A DNA stretch of 64,000 nucleotides from Candidatus Yonathbacteria bacterium (GTDB lineage Bacteria; Patescibacteriota; Minisyncoccia; Phycocordibacterales; UBA1550), in the NCBI GenBank assembly GCA_003483855.1, contig DMXP01000005.1, forward strand, positions 29,202-93,201, read 5' to 3'. The notes beneath the pieces are model-generated. The model made no database searches and was not told the origin of the DNA. It worked only from the letters and a program-made list of their open reading frames with translations. Below are positions 29,149 to 40,342 of the stretch, piece after piece; the stretch's first letter is position 1, and the number at the start of each line of letters is the position of its first letter. The translations under genes and the position numbers were made by a program.

Positions 29149-29934
29149 TTATTTCCTTAACACCTCAAGAAAGAGAAACATTGGTATCTCTTTTCTCGCT
29201 CTATCCTCTGCTTTCTTTCTTGGACCAGCCTCGCTTTCTCTGTGAGAGAGCCATTCTTCTAATCGCGCAACCACAAACCCGCTGTTCGCGAGTGTTTTGA
29301 AATAGTACTGGAGCGGACGGTGGAAAGAAACGGTCGTTGGCCCGCCACGCTTACTTGGATTCATTTCAATCTCCACTTTTGACTCTGACATATAGCTGTC
29401 TATGCGACGATACTGTGTTTTTGATTCCTCGTCATAACCCCATGCGCTTGCTTTTGGAACACGAAATGCTGGATGGTTGAGGACGATAAAAAGCTTTCCG
29501 TGAGGTTTAAGCACGCGCGCGCACTCTTTAAAAACTTTGTGTGGAGCTTCTATATTTTGTATCGCAAGCACAATCGCAATTTTATCAAATGAGCTGTCTT
29601 CAAAAAGCGAGAGGTCCTCGGCAGAGTGTGGGAAGTATTTGATCTCTTTTGAGGACTCTTTTTTTGCGATGAGGATGAGTTGTTTCCCGAGGTCCACTCC
29701 AGTAGTATCCGCGCCTTCTTGAAAAAATGCTTGCGTAAAAAAGCCCTGCCCACACGCGAGGTCAAGCACACGCTCCCCCTTCATAATAGCCATAGCGCGG
29801 AGAATATTTGGTAAAATCACGCGCGCTTGATATGTATCATCCCCAGCGAGAAGCGTATCGTACCAATGCGCCACCCCTCCCCACGAGGTGGTCTTCTTTT
29901 TCGCTATCGGATGTTTTTTAGGTTGTTCGGTCAT
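29149..29934 (-). CDS. class I SAM-dependent methyltransferase
   Basis: RVLDLACGQGFFTQAF (motif I), a DKIAIVLAIQN-type motif and a VLKPHGKLFIV-type motif. Confidence 0.8.
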   Translation of the reverse strand: MTEQPKKHPIAKKKTTSWGGVAHWYDTLLAGDDTYQARVILPNILRAMAIMKGERVLDLACGQGFFTQAFFQEGADTTGVDLGKQLILIAKKESSKEIKYFPHSAEDLSLFEDSSFDKIAIVLAIQNIEAPHKVFKECARVLKPHGKLFIVLNHPAFRVPKASAWGYDEESKTQYRRIDSYMSESKVEIEMNPSKRGGPTTVSFHRPLQYYFKTLANSGFVVARLEEWLSHRESEAGPRKKAEDRARKEIPMFLFLEVLRK

Positions 29935-29976
29935 ATTGTCATTGATTCTAGCATAAAATTGTAGTATTGTGACCCA

Positions 29977-30484
29977 ATGAAATGGATTCTATTCACGGGG
30001 ACATGGAAGCTCACGAACGACGAAGTTGAGCACGATGTGCGTCAGGCTGCGCGTGAAGTTATAGCGCGTGGGGACCGGCGTACTCACTGGTGGTGCGACT
30101 GGAGTAGACTACTTCGCAATGGATGAAGTGTTGAAGCACAATCCTACAGCATCTCACCTCCGCGTTATCATCCCCGCTCGGCTAGAAAGCTATATTGAGG
30201 ACTACTTTACGAACTGGTGTCACGAACCAATCACGCAAAAAGACATCGACAACCTTGCGACAATTTTAAAACATATCAAGAAAATAAACCCTGCAGGTCT
30301 TTTGGAAATGCCATACAAGAAAATCACGCAGGAACACTACAACCTACGCCATGACCAAGAGGTTATGTACTCAGACGAAGTACACGCATTCCAAGTAAAT
30401 GAGAGTGCTGGCACACAAGATACAATAGATAAATCAGCAAAAGCTGGACTTAAAACCACTCATCACAAAAAGTATCAGATTTAA
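29977..30484 (+). pseudogene. DUF2493/SLOG-family (DprA-like Rossmann) gene interrupted by a +1 frameshift at a poly-G tract
   Basis: Frame 1 from ATG 29977 gives MKWILFTGTWKLTNDEVEHDVRQAAREVIARGD and then stops. The frame shifted by +1 (ORF 30068..30484) continues VLTGGATGVDYFAMDEVLKH... Joined, they resemble DUF2493. The junction is at gcgcgtGGGGaccggc (~30066-30075). Confidence 0.5.
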
Positions 30485-30504
30485 TTATGTGCTAAAATCG
30501 GCCT

Positions 30505-31071
30505 ATGAATAAGTCTGATGAGCTAAAAGCGCTCCATGAAAAATGGCTTCAGGAATGCGCCTGTGAATTACGAAAAAACGCGATACAGTGTGTTCCTGGT
30601 GACGGCAAGGCAAGCGCGCAAATCGTATTCATCGGCGAAGCGCCAGGAGCAAAGGAGGACAAAGATGGTCGCCCATTCGTCGGCTCCGCGGGGAAATTTC
30701 TAGCGGAGATGCTTGAGAGTATAAAAATGAAACGCGAGGATGTGTACATTACCAACATCGTGAAATATCGCCCGCCAGAAAATCGCGACCCGACATCTAA
30801 AGAGATTGCCGACTGTGCAAAGTGGCTTGAAGAAGAAATCAAACTCATAGACCCAGCGCTTATTGTTTTTCTCGGTCGCCACTCAATGAACCATTTCTTT
30901 CCGAACGAAAAAATTTCTGAGGCGCACGGTATTCTAATCACAGGAGAGCACTTCGGCAAGGTTCGTAACTTTCTCCCTCTCTATCATCCTGCCGCTGCTC
31001 TCTACAACGGCTCTTTGCGCGAAGTTCTGAAAGAGGATTTTAAAAAAATTCCTAGAGCAATGAAAATGTAG
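30505..31071 (+). CDS. uracil-DNA glycosylase, family 4
   Basis: FIGEAPGAKEDKDGRPFVGSAGKFL (GEAPG motif) and HPAAALYN (motif B). Confidence 0.85.
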   Translation: MNKSDELKALHEKWLQECACELRKNAIQCVPGDGKASAQIVFIGEAPGAKEDKDGRPFVGSAGKFLAEMLESIKMKREDVYITNIVKYRPPENRDPTSKEIADCAKWLEEEIKLIDPALIVFLGRHSMNHFFPNEKISEAHGILITGEHFGKVRNFLPLYHPAAALYNGSLREVLKEDFKKIPRAMKM

Positions 31072-31197
31072 AAAACTAAAAAATTGTTTTAGATACGAGG
31101 AGCCTAGAAATTTTTTGAGGATGATGTACAGGCAGTACTTCGACGAGAAAAATTTCGTAGTGACAAAGTAGATGAAATAATTTTTTAGTTTTCTACA
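31069..31197. repeat. 18-bp inverted repeat pair flanking the udg/atpC convergent intergenic region
   Basis: gtagaaaactaaaaaatt (31069-31086) and aattttttagttttctac (31180-31197). Confidence 0.3.
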
Positions 31198-31432
31198 AAA
31201 TGACTGTCGCCTCATTATGAGCCACTTCCAATATCCCACTCTCCACAGGAATTACAATTTCCTTGCCTTCGCTGTCAACAATTTTTAGAACACCATTTTT
31301 GATAGGTGTCGCAAGAGGCGCATGGTGAGGAAGAATGGTAAGGTCACCTATACTACCAGTGCATGACAAACTCTCTGCTTCTCCTTTAAAAAGCACTTCG
31401 TCCACTTTTGCGATGGTTAGCTTCATTGACAT
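31193..31432 (-). CDS. atpC: ATP synthase epsilon subunit (beta-sandwich only, no C-terminal helical hairpin)
   Basis: 79 aa. MKLTIAKVDEVLFKGEAESLSCTGSIGDLTILPHHAPLATPIK follows immediately after atpD. Confidence 0.8.
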   Translation of the reverse strand: MSMKLTIAKVDEVLFKGEAESLSCTGSIGDLTILPHHAPLATPIKNGVLKIVDSEGKEIVIPVESGILEVAHNEATVIL

Positions 31433-31433
31433 A

Positions 31434-32834
<1,401 letters not shown>

Positions 32835-32959
32835 CTAATAAATCTTCCTCAATTAGTCTGAACTCTATCATTTTTTACCCAAAAAACCAAGCCAAAAAAA
32901 GGAGAATTTGGGATGTGGATAACTCAACCTATAAAAGTTGCCGTTTATTCGCAGATAGT

Positions 32960-33025
32960 ATATATTATAGGTATTAGGGCTTCGGCCTCCGAGATACCCG
33001 TCACCGCAAGGTGGCGGGTATCGAT
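32960..33025 (+). ncRNA. candidate plus-strand structured RNA (UUCG and GCAA tetraloop hairpins) antisense to the mazF-like 3-prime end
   Basis: ggc-TTCG-gcc hairpin at 32978-32987. An 8-bp + 4-bp stem capped by GCAA at 32993-33023. Preceded by TTGCCG-17nt-TATATT (32936-32964). The canonical tetraloops exist only on the plus strand. Confidence 0.25.
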
Positions 33026-33041
33026 GTTTACGGACGAGCCC

Positions 33042-33455
33042 TTAGGTATATATTCGGAAGGCTTCAACTACTCTATCAAATTCACTTTGATTAACAGTGT
33101 CCACCTTACGCAATAACCTATTATTACTAATCACGCGTGCTTGAGTAAGTTTAATCCAGACAGGCTTCGTATATTCCTCTTCCGTTTTACTATTTTTAGC
33201 TTGTATCTGAATCTCATAATGAAAGCCATCTAGTTTCTCTTTGCTCGTTATCGGTAGCACGAGCATGGTTTCTTTATTATACACTCGCACAACCAAAACT
33301 GGCCGTTCAAAATTTTCATTTTTGCCATCAACTTCTGCTCCGACATTTACACCAAGAGCGCACCACCATACTTCACGAGGATACGCATACGCTTTCTTTC
33401 CCGAATCACCTAAATTCTTTTTCTGTGAATTCCAAGCATCAAACTCTTTTTTCAT
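33042..33455 (-). CDS. MazF/PemK-family endoribonuclease toxin-like protein (no adjacent antitoxin gene)
   Basis: YPREVWWCALGVNVGAEVDGKNENFERPVLVVRVYN...MLVLPITSKEK...LTQARVISNNRLLRKVDTVNQSEFDRVVEAF aligns with MazF/PemK (RGDVY.ADL.PVVGSEQGGVRPVLVIQND...LEQIRTIDKQRL..). Confidence 0.75.
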   Translation of the reverse strand: MKKEFDAWNSQKKNLGDSGKKAYAYPREVWWCALGVNVGAEVDGKNENFERPVLVVRVYNKETMLVLPITSKEKLDGFHYEIQIQAKNSKTEEEYTKPVWIKLTQARVISNNRLLRKVDTVNQSEFDRVVEAFRIYT

Positions 33456-33591
33456 ATAGGCTCAATTATATCACGATTAATTATAGATAATTAAAGGTAC
33501 CTGACACCTTTCCCCTCCTTTTCTTCATATAGACATAACAAACTCCCAGCAATTGCTGAGAGTTTGTTATTAAATACACAGACCCCTTTAC

Positions 33592-34272
33592 TTATTTAAC
33601 GACCGCAGCATCCAACACAGCCTGCGCCTCCACATTCCCATTCTTTGAGGAGAGGGTTACCTCTGTAGGGGTAACAACGCCTCCAGAAGGAGGTAACACT
33701 GCTACTGATTTTATTTCATTCTCTATATCAGAAACAAAGCGACTTCCACTAAACATTTTGTGTAAATGCGCCAACTCTTCATCCCCTACGCCAATTTCTC
33801 CATTAACACTTACGGTGTATTTCCCTTGCGTCCAACCATTTACCGTAAACGCACCCAAGGAATCTCTTGTTAGGAAAACGAGGACACGATCGCCAGCCTT
33901 AAACGAAGGAGACCCTTCGACAATCATTTTTGTACCGCTTACCGAACCACCAAGAGTTTGAACAGCTAGCGTTTGAGAGGTGATGTTTTCTGGGTTATAA
34001 AGATACTTTTCAACCTCCAAAGTTACTGTAGAAACTATATCTTCTTCTCCTTCTCTAATTTTTGATGGATACTTACCACTTCGCACACTGCTTACCCTTG
34101 CAATAAGAGCCACTGTAGAACTTCTAATAAGCTCTTCTTTACTAATTTCAGCCAAAACTGCGTGCCCAACCACCGATGTCGTTTGGCTTGCTCTGGGTAA
34201 AAAAACATACACTCCCATACTTGCACCAATCACTACTAGCGAAATAATAACGGGCGAGATATTTCTTTTCAT
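33592..34272 (-). CDS. secreted hypothetical protein (signal peptide)
   Basis: MKRNISPVIISLVVIGASMGVYVFL signal or anchor. No recognisable domain. Confidence 0.55.
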   Translation of the reverse strand: MKRNISPVIISLVVIGASMGVYVFLPRASQTTSVVGHAVLAEISKEELIRSSTVALIARVSSVRSGKYPSKIREGEEDIVSTVTLEVEKYLYNPENITSQTLAVQTLGGSVSGTKMIVEGSPSFKAGDRVLVFLTRDSLGAFTVNGWTQGKYTVSVNGEIGVGDEELAHLHKMFSGSRFVSDIENEIKSVAVLPPSGGVVTPTEVTLSSKNGNVEAQAVLDAAVVK

Positions 34273-34311
34273 AAGTTGCGAGATAAATTAATTATTAATT
34301 AAAGACAAAAA

Positions 34312-34872
34312 TTAAGGGTACACGGCGTTTATTCCACTCAAGTCATCCGCAACGAGAGTACGCTTTTTAGTTTCACCAGTTCCGACATAGCCATACATCG
34401 TTTTTTCTGTATCTCCGCCACCATATAAGTCATTCAACATAAGAAAATGCCCGAATTCATGCGTTGCGACATTCTGCACATCATACAATCCAGGAGCCCC
34501 AGAAGTTGACCATGAGTAATAACTATTAAACACTAGATCGGTGTCTGTTATTGTAGACCCAGAAGAAGTAACTGTTGTTAGGGCAAGTGCTCCTGCGCCA
34601 AAATTTGAAACAGTGATATCGTTGTTTGATGTTCCAGCAGAAAAAGTAAACGGCGACGATGCCCCATTCCAAGGAGTCATCCCTTGTGCAATCGGTGTAA
34701 TCCACGAACTTGGTATACTTGGACTTCCAAAATCAGCAGTGGTTCCATTTGTTGACCACTTTACGCCAGCATATGAATATGCAGAAACGAATGACGGGAT
34801 CATTAAAACCAGCAACATCGTACCAAAACCAAAACTGAACATTTTTTTGAGAATTAACGTATTTCGAAGCAT
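34312..34872 (-). CDS. secreted zinc metalloprotease, snapalysin/matrixin-like (HExxHxxxxxD)
   Basis: Signal peptide, then ATHEFGHFLMLNDLY. This reads H-E-F-G-H-x5-D, the spacing of the snapalysin M7 zinc site HETGHVLGLPD. Confidence 0.7.
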   Translation of the reverse strand: MLRNTLILKKMFSFGFGTMLLVLMIPSFVSAYSYAGVKWSTNGTTADFGSPSIPSSWITPIAQGMTPWNGASSPFTFSAGTSNNDITVSNFGAGALALTTVTSSGSTITDTDLVFNSYYSWSTSGAPGLYDVQNVATHEFGHFLMLNDLYGGGDTEKTMYGYVGTGETKKRTLVADDLSGINAVYP

Positions 34873-35060
34873 AATTGAATTATTTATTAATTTTACATTG
34901 ATAGTATCTGCGCATCGACCATTACACTACAGTGTAGTAAAAAAAACTGGGTTTAGTAAATCCGCAACTGTGGACAACCTAAAAACCATTGAATAACCAC
35001 GGAACCGAAGCTAGTCACAGATAGGAAACGGGTACGGTTCACTGTCTCATTATATTTTAC

Positions 35061-35232
35061 CACTCCCCACTCCTCGTGCGAGGGATGCCTCTTGTGTGGG
35101 GACTTGCGAGCGTGAACCCAGGGTCATTCTGCTGAATGAGACGCTCACACGAGGACGATTTAGTAAAATCGCTCTTGGAGCTTTTCTAGCAAGAAAATAT
35201 CCGTACCCCGCACAAGACGGCTCCCGAGCTAT
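35061..35232. repeat. copy B of a ~170-bp palindromic (MITE-like) structured element
   Basis: Shares cctcttgtg[c/t]ggggacttgcga...cacgaggacgatttag[c/t]aaaatcgc...gcttttcta...atatccgtacc...cacaagacg...cccgagc with 53918-54086. The arms are mutually complementary. Confidence 0.5.
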
Positions 35233-36155
35233 TTCATCGCTTCAATCCCCCCGATAATCTCACTCATCTCTCTTGTAATCGCGCCTTGTCGGGCTTTGTT
35301 GTACTGACGCGTGAGTGAGAATGTAACTTCCTCGGCCTTGTCAGAAGCATTTCGCATCGCGACCATTCGCGCCGAATGCTCGGACGCCTTTGCTTCCAGA
35401 AAAGCATGGTGGAGTTCAATAGCGAGAAGTCGCGGAATGAGTGTCTCAAACACCGCCTCTGGCGATGGCTCAAACAAATAGTCAGCCGGCGCCGATTCCT
35501 TTTCAATATCAACATTTGTTTCGGCAAACGCGCCCTTCTCTGGCACGATGCCCTTTATCATTGTTGTGAGTCCCTCCACAGAGAGGGGGAGCAACGAGCG
35601 CGAAACTGGTTCCTGTTCAAATGTTGAGCGAAAGTTTGTGTACACTAGCATACACTCGTCGTACTTCCCATTTGTAAACAAGTCAGTAATGAGCGACACG
35701 ACCCCAGAAAAATCACCGATGGCGCTTTCGTCTTTCATTGTTTCAATATGCTTTTCCATAATATACCCTCGGCGCGCAAAAAATTCTTCCCCTTTGCGAC
35801 CGATAGCAATAACACCTGTGTTCTCGCGAGAAATGTATCTGTCCGAGAGAGAAGACAGGGCGCACTTTGTAGCCCCACTGTTCAGTCCTCCAGCAAGCCC
35901 TTTGTCGCTCGTCACAATAACAAGGAGAATGCGACTCACTGGACGCACAGCTACGAGTGGGTGACGAGCAATATCAACTGAGTGCGAGATGCGAGAAAGA
36001 ATACGAAATGCCGCCATAGCATATGGACGCGCTGTAAGCGCGGACAACTGCGCCTTGCGCATTTTTACACCAGAAACAGCCTCCATAGCTTTTGTGACTT
36101 GGTGCGTCTTTTGCACAGAGCGTATTTTTCCTTTTATCGCGCGGAGGGATGACAT
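35229..36155 (-). CDS. atpG: ATP synthase gamma subunit
   Basis: MSSLRAIKGKIRSVQKTHQVTKAMEAVSGVKMRKAQ and C-terminal ITREMSEIIGG. Confidence 0.9.
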   Translation of the reverse strand: MSSLRAIKGKIRSVQKTHQVTKAMEAVSGVKMRKAQLSALTARPYAMAAFRILSRISHSVDIARHPLVAVRPVSRILLVIVTSDKGLAGGLNSGATKCALSSLSDRYISRENTGVIAIGRKGEEFFARRGYIMEKHIETMKDESAIGDFSGVVSLITDLFTNGKYDECMLVYTNFRSTFEQEPVSRSLLPLSVEGLTTMIKGIVPEKGAFAETNVDIEKESAPADYLFEPSPEAVFETLIPRLLAIELHHAFLEAKASEHSARMVAMRNASDKAEEVTFSLTRQYNKARQGAITREMSEIIGGIEAMK

Positions 36156-36200
36156 TTGGGTAGGTGTTAGTTTGTAGGTTTTAGTTTTTAGAAAATGCTA

Positions 36201-37772
36201 CTAGTGAACGATAAAAAGTTCTGGGTGCGATGTTACAAAATCCGCAAGAGCGAGTTTCAAATTTGCCTCAGTTTGCTCTGAAATCGCGTGCTCCTTTTTG
36301 ATTGCATCCACAATGCCCTTTGCATGATGATCAAAGTATTCTGAAAGTTTGTCCTCAAAAAGACGCATGTCCTCAACCTTGACCTTGTCAATAATTCCGG
36401 AGATGCCAGCAAAAATAACGATGACTTCTTTTTCAAATGAAAGCGGTTTCCCGTTTGTCTGCTTCAATAGCTCCGAAAGACGTCGGCCTTTTTCAATACG
36501 ATCTTTTGTTTCCTTGTCCAGGTCAGACGCAAACTGCATAAAAGCTTCAAGTTCGCGAAATTGCGCAAGCTCCAAACGAATCTTCCCAGCAACTTTCTTC
36601 ATCGCTTTTGTTTGCGCATTTGATCCAACGCGTGACACCGAGAGACCAACGTTTACCGCAGGACGCATGCCTTTGTTGAAAAGATCAGTGTCCAAATAAA
36701 TCTGTCCGTCGGTTATGGAAATCACGTTTGTGGGAATATACGCTGACACGTCTCCTTGCTGTGTCTCAATAATAGGAAGCGCAGTTAGTGACCCACCACC
36801 GAGTTTGTCCGAGAGCTTTGCGGCGCGCTCAAGAAGACGCGAGTGCAAATAAAAAATATCTCCCGGATACGCCTCGCGTCCAGGTGGACGGCGAAGTAGG
36901 AGCGACATCTGGCGATACGCAACAGCGTGCTTAGAAAGGTCGTCGTACACAACAACCGCATCTTTCCCTTTCAACATAAAAAATTCACCAATTGTCGCGC
37001 CTGTAAATGGAGCGAGGTATTGAAGCGCAGCCGCTTCCGACGCCCCAGCGACAACAACAATCGTGTACGCCATAGCTCCACGTTCCTCAAGCTCGCCCAC
37101 GATGCGCGCGATCTTTGACTCCTTTTGACCAATAGCAACATAAATACAAATAGGGCGTGTTTCTTTTGGCTCTGTGATTTGGTTTAAAATAGTATCAAGG
37201 GCGATGGCGGTCTTCCCTGTGCCACGGTCGCCAATGATGAGCTCGCGTTGTCCTCGCCCAACTGGAATCATAGAGTCAATAGCTTTGATGCCAGTGTGCA
37301 CTGGCGTATCCACTCCTGCGCGGTCAATAACTCCAAAAGCGATGCGCTCAATAGGCATTCTATCTTCTTCTTTGATCGCCCCCTTGCCGTCTACAGGCTC
37401 GCCGAGCGCATTCACAACACGACCAATCATTCCAGTTGATACGGGGATAGAAAGTGTTTTTCCTGTGCCTTTTACAATCATCCCTTCAACAATACGCTCC
37501 GCGCCAGACAAAATAACTGCCTTCACATAGTCCTCCTCTAGGTTAAGAACGAAACCAACAATCGGTTCCGCATCAAGGGTATCATTGAGTGTCTTTTTGC
37601 CAACATGTTCAAAAACAACCATTTCCGCCATCATCGCGTTTTGAAGTCCGTCAATCTCAGCGATGCCGTCGCCTGCCTTCACAACAGTGCCAACACGCTC
37701 CACTGATGTCTTTGGTTCAAGCGCTTCTATTTCCTTTCTGATTTTTTCTATGAGGATTGTGTTCATGGTCAT
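36201..37772 (-). CDS. atpA: ATP synthase alpha subunit
   Basis: [18 protein letters not shown] (P-loop). 523 aa. Confidence 0.95.
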   Translation of the reverse strand: MTMNTILIEKIRKEIEALEPKTSVERVGTVVKAGDGIAEIDGLQNAMMAEMVVFEHVGKKTLNDTLDAEPIVGFVLNLEEDYVKAVILSGAERIVEGMIVKGTGKTLSIPVSTGMIGRVVNALGEPVDGKGAIKEEDRMPIERIAFGVIDRAGVDTPVHTGIKAIDSMIPVGRGQRELIIGDRGTGKTAIALDTILNQITEPKETRPICIYVAIGQKESKIARIVGELEERGAMAYTIVVVAGASEAAALQYLAPFTGATIGEFFMLKGKDAVVVYDDLSKHAVAYRQMSLLLRRPPGREAYPGDIFYLHSRLLERAAKLSDKLGGGSLTALPIIETQQGDVSAYIPTNVISITDGQIYLDTDLFNKGMRPAVNVGLSVSRVGSNAQTKAMKKVAGKIRLELAQFRELEAFMQFASDLDKETKDRIEKGRRLSELLKQTNGKPLSFEKEVIVIFAGISGIIDKVKVEDMRLFEDKLSEYFDHHAKGIVDAIKKEHAISEQTEANLKLALADFVTSHPELFIVH

Positions 37773-37773
37773 T

Positions 37774-38205
37774 TTAATTAGTAATGTCTCGATAAAGTTC
37801 TACGAGGGATTTTTTGTAACTGCCGTCTATCAGAGTGTCTTTTGTTCTTATTTGAAACCCTCCAACTATTGTTTCGTCCACTACATCACGGCGTGTCGCG
37901 CCTTTGCGTATAACTCCTTCTTTTTCATAATGGTCATACGCATGCGCCCACTTGCTCACACTCTTGTTGTCAGCAGTTACTAGGAGGACTTCGTTCCTAT
38001 CTCTTTCACGCGACATTATTTTTTCAAGTTCATGAGCGACAAAAGGTAGCAACCTTTCATGTCCGCGCGCTGAGACTACCTTGCGAAAGCGAGCAAAGAT
38101 TTTTTTAGAATCGCTATCGGACTCGAGCAAGCTTGCTCGTGGCTTGGCCATAGACATATTTTGTAACGCTCCATAAAGCGCCTCTGCGTACCATGATGCT
38201 TTCAT
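37774..38205 (-). CDS. atpH: ATP synthase delta (OSCP) subunit
   Basis: 143 aa, in the position expected between atpF and atpA. Confidence 0.8.
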   Translation of the reverse strand: MKASWYAEALYGALQNMSMAKPRASLLESDSDSKKIFARFRKVVSARGHERLLPFVAHELEKIMSRERDRNEVLLVTADNKSVSKWAHAYDHYEKEGVIRKGATRRDVVDETIVGGFQIRTKDTLIDGSYKKSLVELYRDITN

Positions 38206-38294
38206 CCCGTTAGAAGTTACTTACGATTAGCTGATAATGGTTAAAATTTTTCATGTTGTTTAAATACACATTACTTCTAACGGGATGAATCCCG

Positions 38295-38750
38295 TTACTT
38301 CTTAAGCGCGCCTTGACGAAGAATCTTCTCCGCAGAGAGAACCGCCATGCGCGCGACCTCGCGCTCGGCTTTTTGAATCATCTCTTCGCGCTCGCGCGCA
38401 GTACGACGCTCTGCTTCGTTCAAAAGATGCACCGCCTTTCGGTGCGCATCTTTCATTATTGTAATCTCCGAGGTTTCCGCGTGCTTCTTTGCTGAGTCTA
38501 TAATATCATCACCTTTCATTGTGGCCTCGCGTATAATACGCGCTTTTTCAGCTTCCGCTTCACCTAGCTGACGGTCAGCTTCTTCTGCATCCTGAATGGC
38601 GCGTTCAATCTTTTTTCTACGCACATCCACCATTGCAAGAACTGGCTTGTACAAGAAAATGTACAAAACAAGCAGAAGCAAGCCAAAGTTAATCATCTGC
38701 ACAACAAGGAGCTTCCAGTTGATTCCAAATACGTCGAGAATTTGCTCCAT
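38295..38750 (-). CDS. atpF: ATP synthase subunit b
   Basis: N-terminal TM followed by a long charged coiled coil. Located between atpE and atpH. Confidence 0.8.
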   Translation of the reverse strand: MEQILDVFGINWKLLVVQMINFGLLLLVLYIFLYKPVLAMVDVRRKKIERAIQDAEEADRQLGEAEAEKARIIREATMKGDDIIDSAKKHAETSEITIMKDAHRKAVHLLNEAERRTAREREEMIQKAEREVARMAVLSAEKILRQGALKK

Positions 38751-38769
38751 AATTAACGAATGATTTTGA

Positions 38770-39033
<264 letters not shown>

Positions 39034-39039
39034 CTAGTC

Positions 39040-39783
39040 CTAATGCACCTCAGTGATTGCAATCTTCACAAAGAAAAGTGTGAGGAGCGCAAATATTGCG
39101 GCTTGGATAAACCCAACAAATACCTCAAAAAGCATGATGGGGACAGGCAACACAATTGGAACAAAATGCTGAATAACCAGAATCATCACTTCCCCTGCAA
39201 AAATGTTTCCGAATAAACGAACAGAAAACGAGACCAATCTTGCGACCTCAGAAAATAGTTCGATAATTCCCACCAGAAACCCTAGGGCAGAACTAAGATT
39301 AACAAATTTCTTCCCATATCTCAAGAACCCCAATGTTGCCACCCCAGCAACCTCTATTACTATGAATACGATTACGGTTAGAGCTAGTGTGGTATTGAGA
39401 TCCGTATTCATTGAGCGAAGTAGCGGAATAAACTCTCCATGAGCATTTGTCCATCCAATACTTCCTATCCCAGGGGTAAACTCAATGATATTTGCGGTAA
39501 AAATAAAAAGGAAGATAGTGAGGATTAACGGAAAAAGCTGTCGTGCCAGTTTTTCATTCCCAAGAGTTTCTGTTATGTAGTCTAAAATTCCAACAAAAAG
39601 CGTCTCAACGAGAGTTTGTAAACGCCCTGGAATTAGAGCGAGTTTTCTTCGCACAAAAAAAGTAAGCACCACCAAAAGGAAAAAAACAACGAAGCTCATC
39701 AGCATCGTGTTTGTGATTGGAATTCCCCAAAGTGTGCCTATTTGTTCAGCGGAGAGCGAGATGTGGATACTTTTTTCTGCCAT
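39040..39783 (-). CDS. atpB: ATP synthase subunit a
   Basis: 247 aa polytopic protein with the conserved Arg-containing helix (VSFSVRLFGNIFAGEV). Confidence 0.85.
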   Translation of the reverse strand: MAEKSIHISLSAEQIGTLWGIPITNTMLMSFVVFFLLVVLTFFVRRKLALIPGRLQTLVETLFVGILDYITETLGNEKLARQLFPLILTIFLFIFTANIIEFTPGIGSIGWTNAHGEFIPLLRSMNTDLNTTLALTVIVFIVIEVAGVATLGFLRYGKKFVNLSSALGFLVGIIELFSEVARLVSFSVRLFGNIFAGEVMILVIQHFVPIVLPVPIMLFEVFVGFIQAAIFALLTLFFVKIAITEVH

Positions 39784-39864
39784 ATGACTGCGCGCATTCT
39801 AGCAGAAACTTGGGCTGACTTCAACAATGAAGCCGAAACACTCATGACTCAATAGATGTTGGTG

Positions 39865-40335
39865 TTAAATCCCTAAAATACGGTATACGGCAACTCCAAA
39901 AGCGATAGTTACATTGAGCGACTCCTTTGTGCCGAGCATTGGGATTTCTGCGATAACATCGCTTTGAGCAAGTACATCATTTGAAATACCAACTACCTCC
40001 GCGCCAACCACAAACGCAACCATTTCACATCCACTCACACTCACCTCTTTATAGTCTACTGATTTCTCGTCCTGCTCCAACGCAATAATAAAATACTTTT
40101 CTTCCTTTAGTTTTTTTACGCATTCAAATGTGCTTTCTACATATTCCCATTTCACAGTGTCCTCTGCTCCTAGTGCGACCTTAGCAAAATCTTTTCTTCG
40201 CTCCTCTTTTTTATCAAGTGGTGTTGGAGTGGTTCCGCACAAATATATTTTCTCTATGCCAACCGCATTTGCAGTGCGAAAAATAGAGCCAACATTGTAA
40301 ACACTGCGAAGATTGTCTAGCACTGCAACAGCCTT
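39865..40335 (-). CDS. SpoU/TrmH-family RNA 2-prime-O-methyltransferase
   Basis: MKAVAVLDNLRSVYNVGSIFRTANAVGIEKIYLCG...IIALEQDEKS...LNVTIAFGVAVY is a SPOUT fold. Start trimmed to avoid overlap with the upstream gene. Confidence 0.7.
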   Translation of the reverse strand, partial: KAVAVLDNLRSVYNVGSIFRTANAVGIEKIYLCGTTPTPLDKKEERRKDFAKVALGAEDTVKWEYVESTFECVKKLKEEKYFIIALEQDEKSVDYKEVSVSGCEMVAFVVGAEVVGISNDVLAQSDVIAEIPMLGTKESLNVTIAFGVAVYRILGI

Positions 40336-40342
40336 CATTTTT

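Noticed and set aside
28146-29160. Plus-strand ORFs 28146..28370, 28199..28387, 28693..29160, 28764..29003 inside the CAP-domain gene
   Set aside because: They are antisense to a gene with a clear signal anchor and CAP domain. Their translations are Cys/Arg-rich and low complexity.
32913-33116. 67-aa plus-strand ORF overlapping the mazF-like 3-prime end
   Set aside because: It covers the tetraloop hairpins and the antisense of the toxin C-terminus. Its translation is low complexity with no RBS. The region is more plausibly an RNA element.
33535-33570. Hairpin ataacaaactc-ccagcaattgctga-gagtttgttat as terminator of the secreted-protein gene
   Set aside because: It is a perfect 11-bp stem plus an inner 4-bp stem, but neither strand has a following U-tract. 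It is probably a structural or attenuator hairpin rather than an intrinsic terminator, so it is not listed as a feature.
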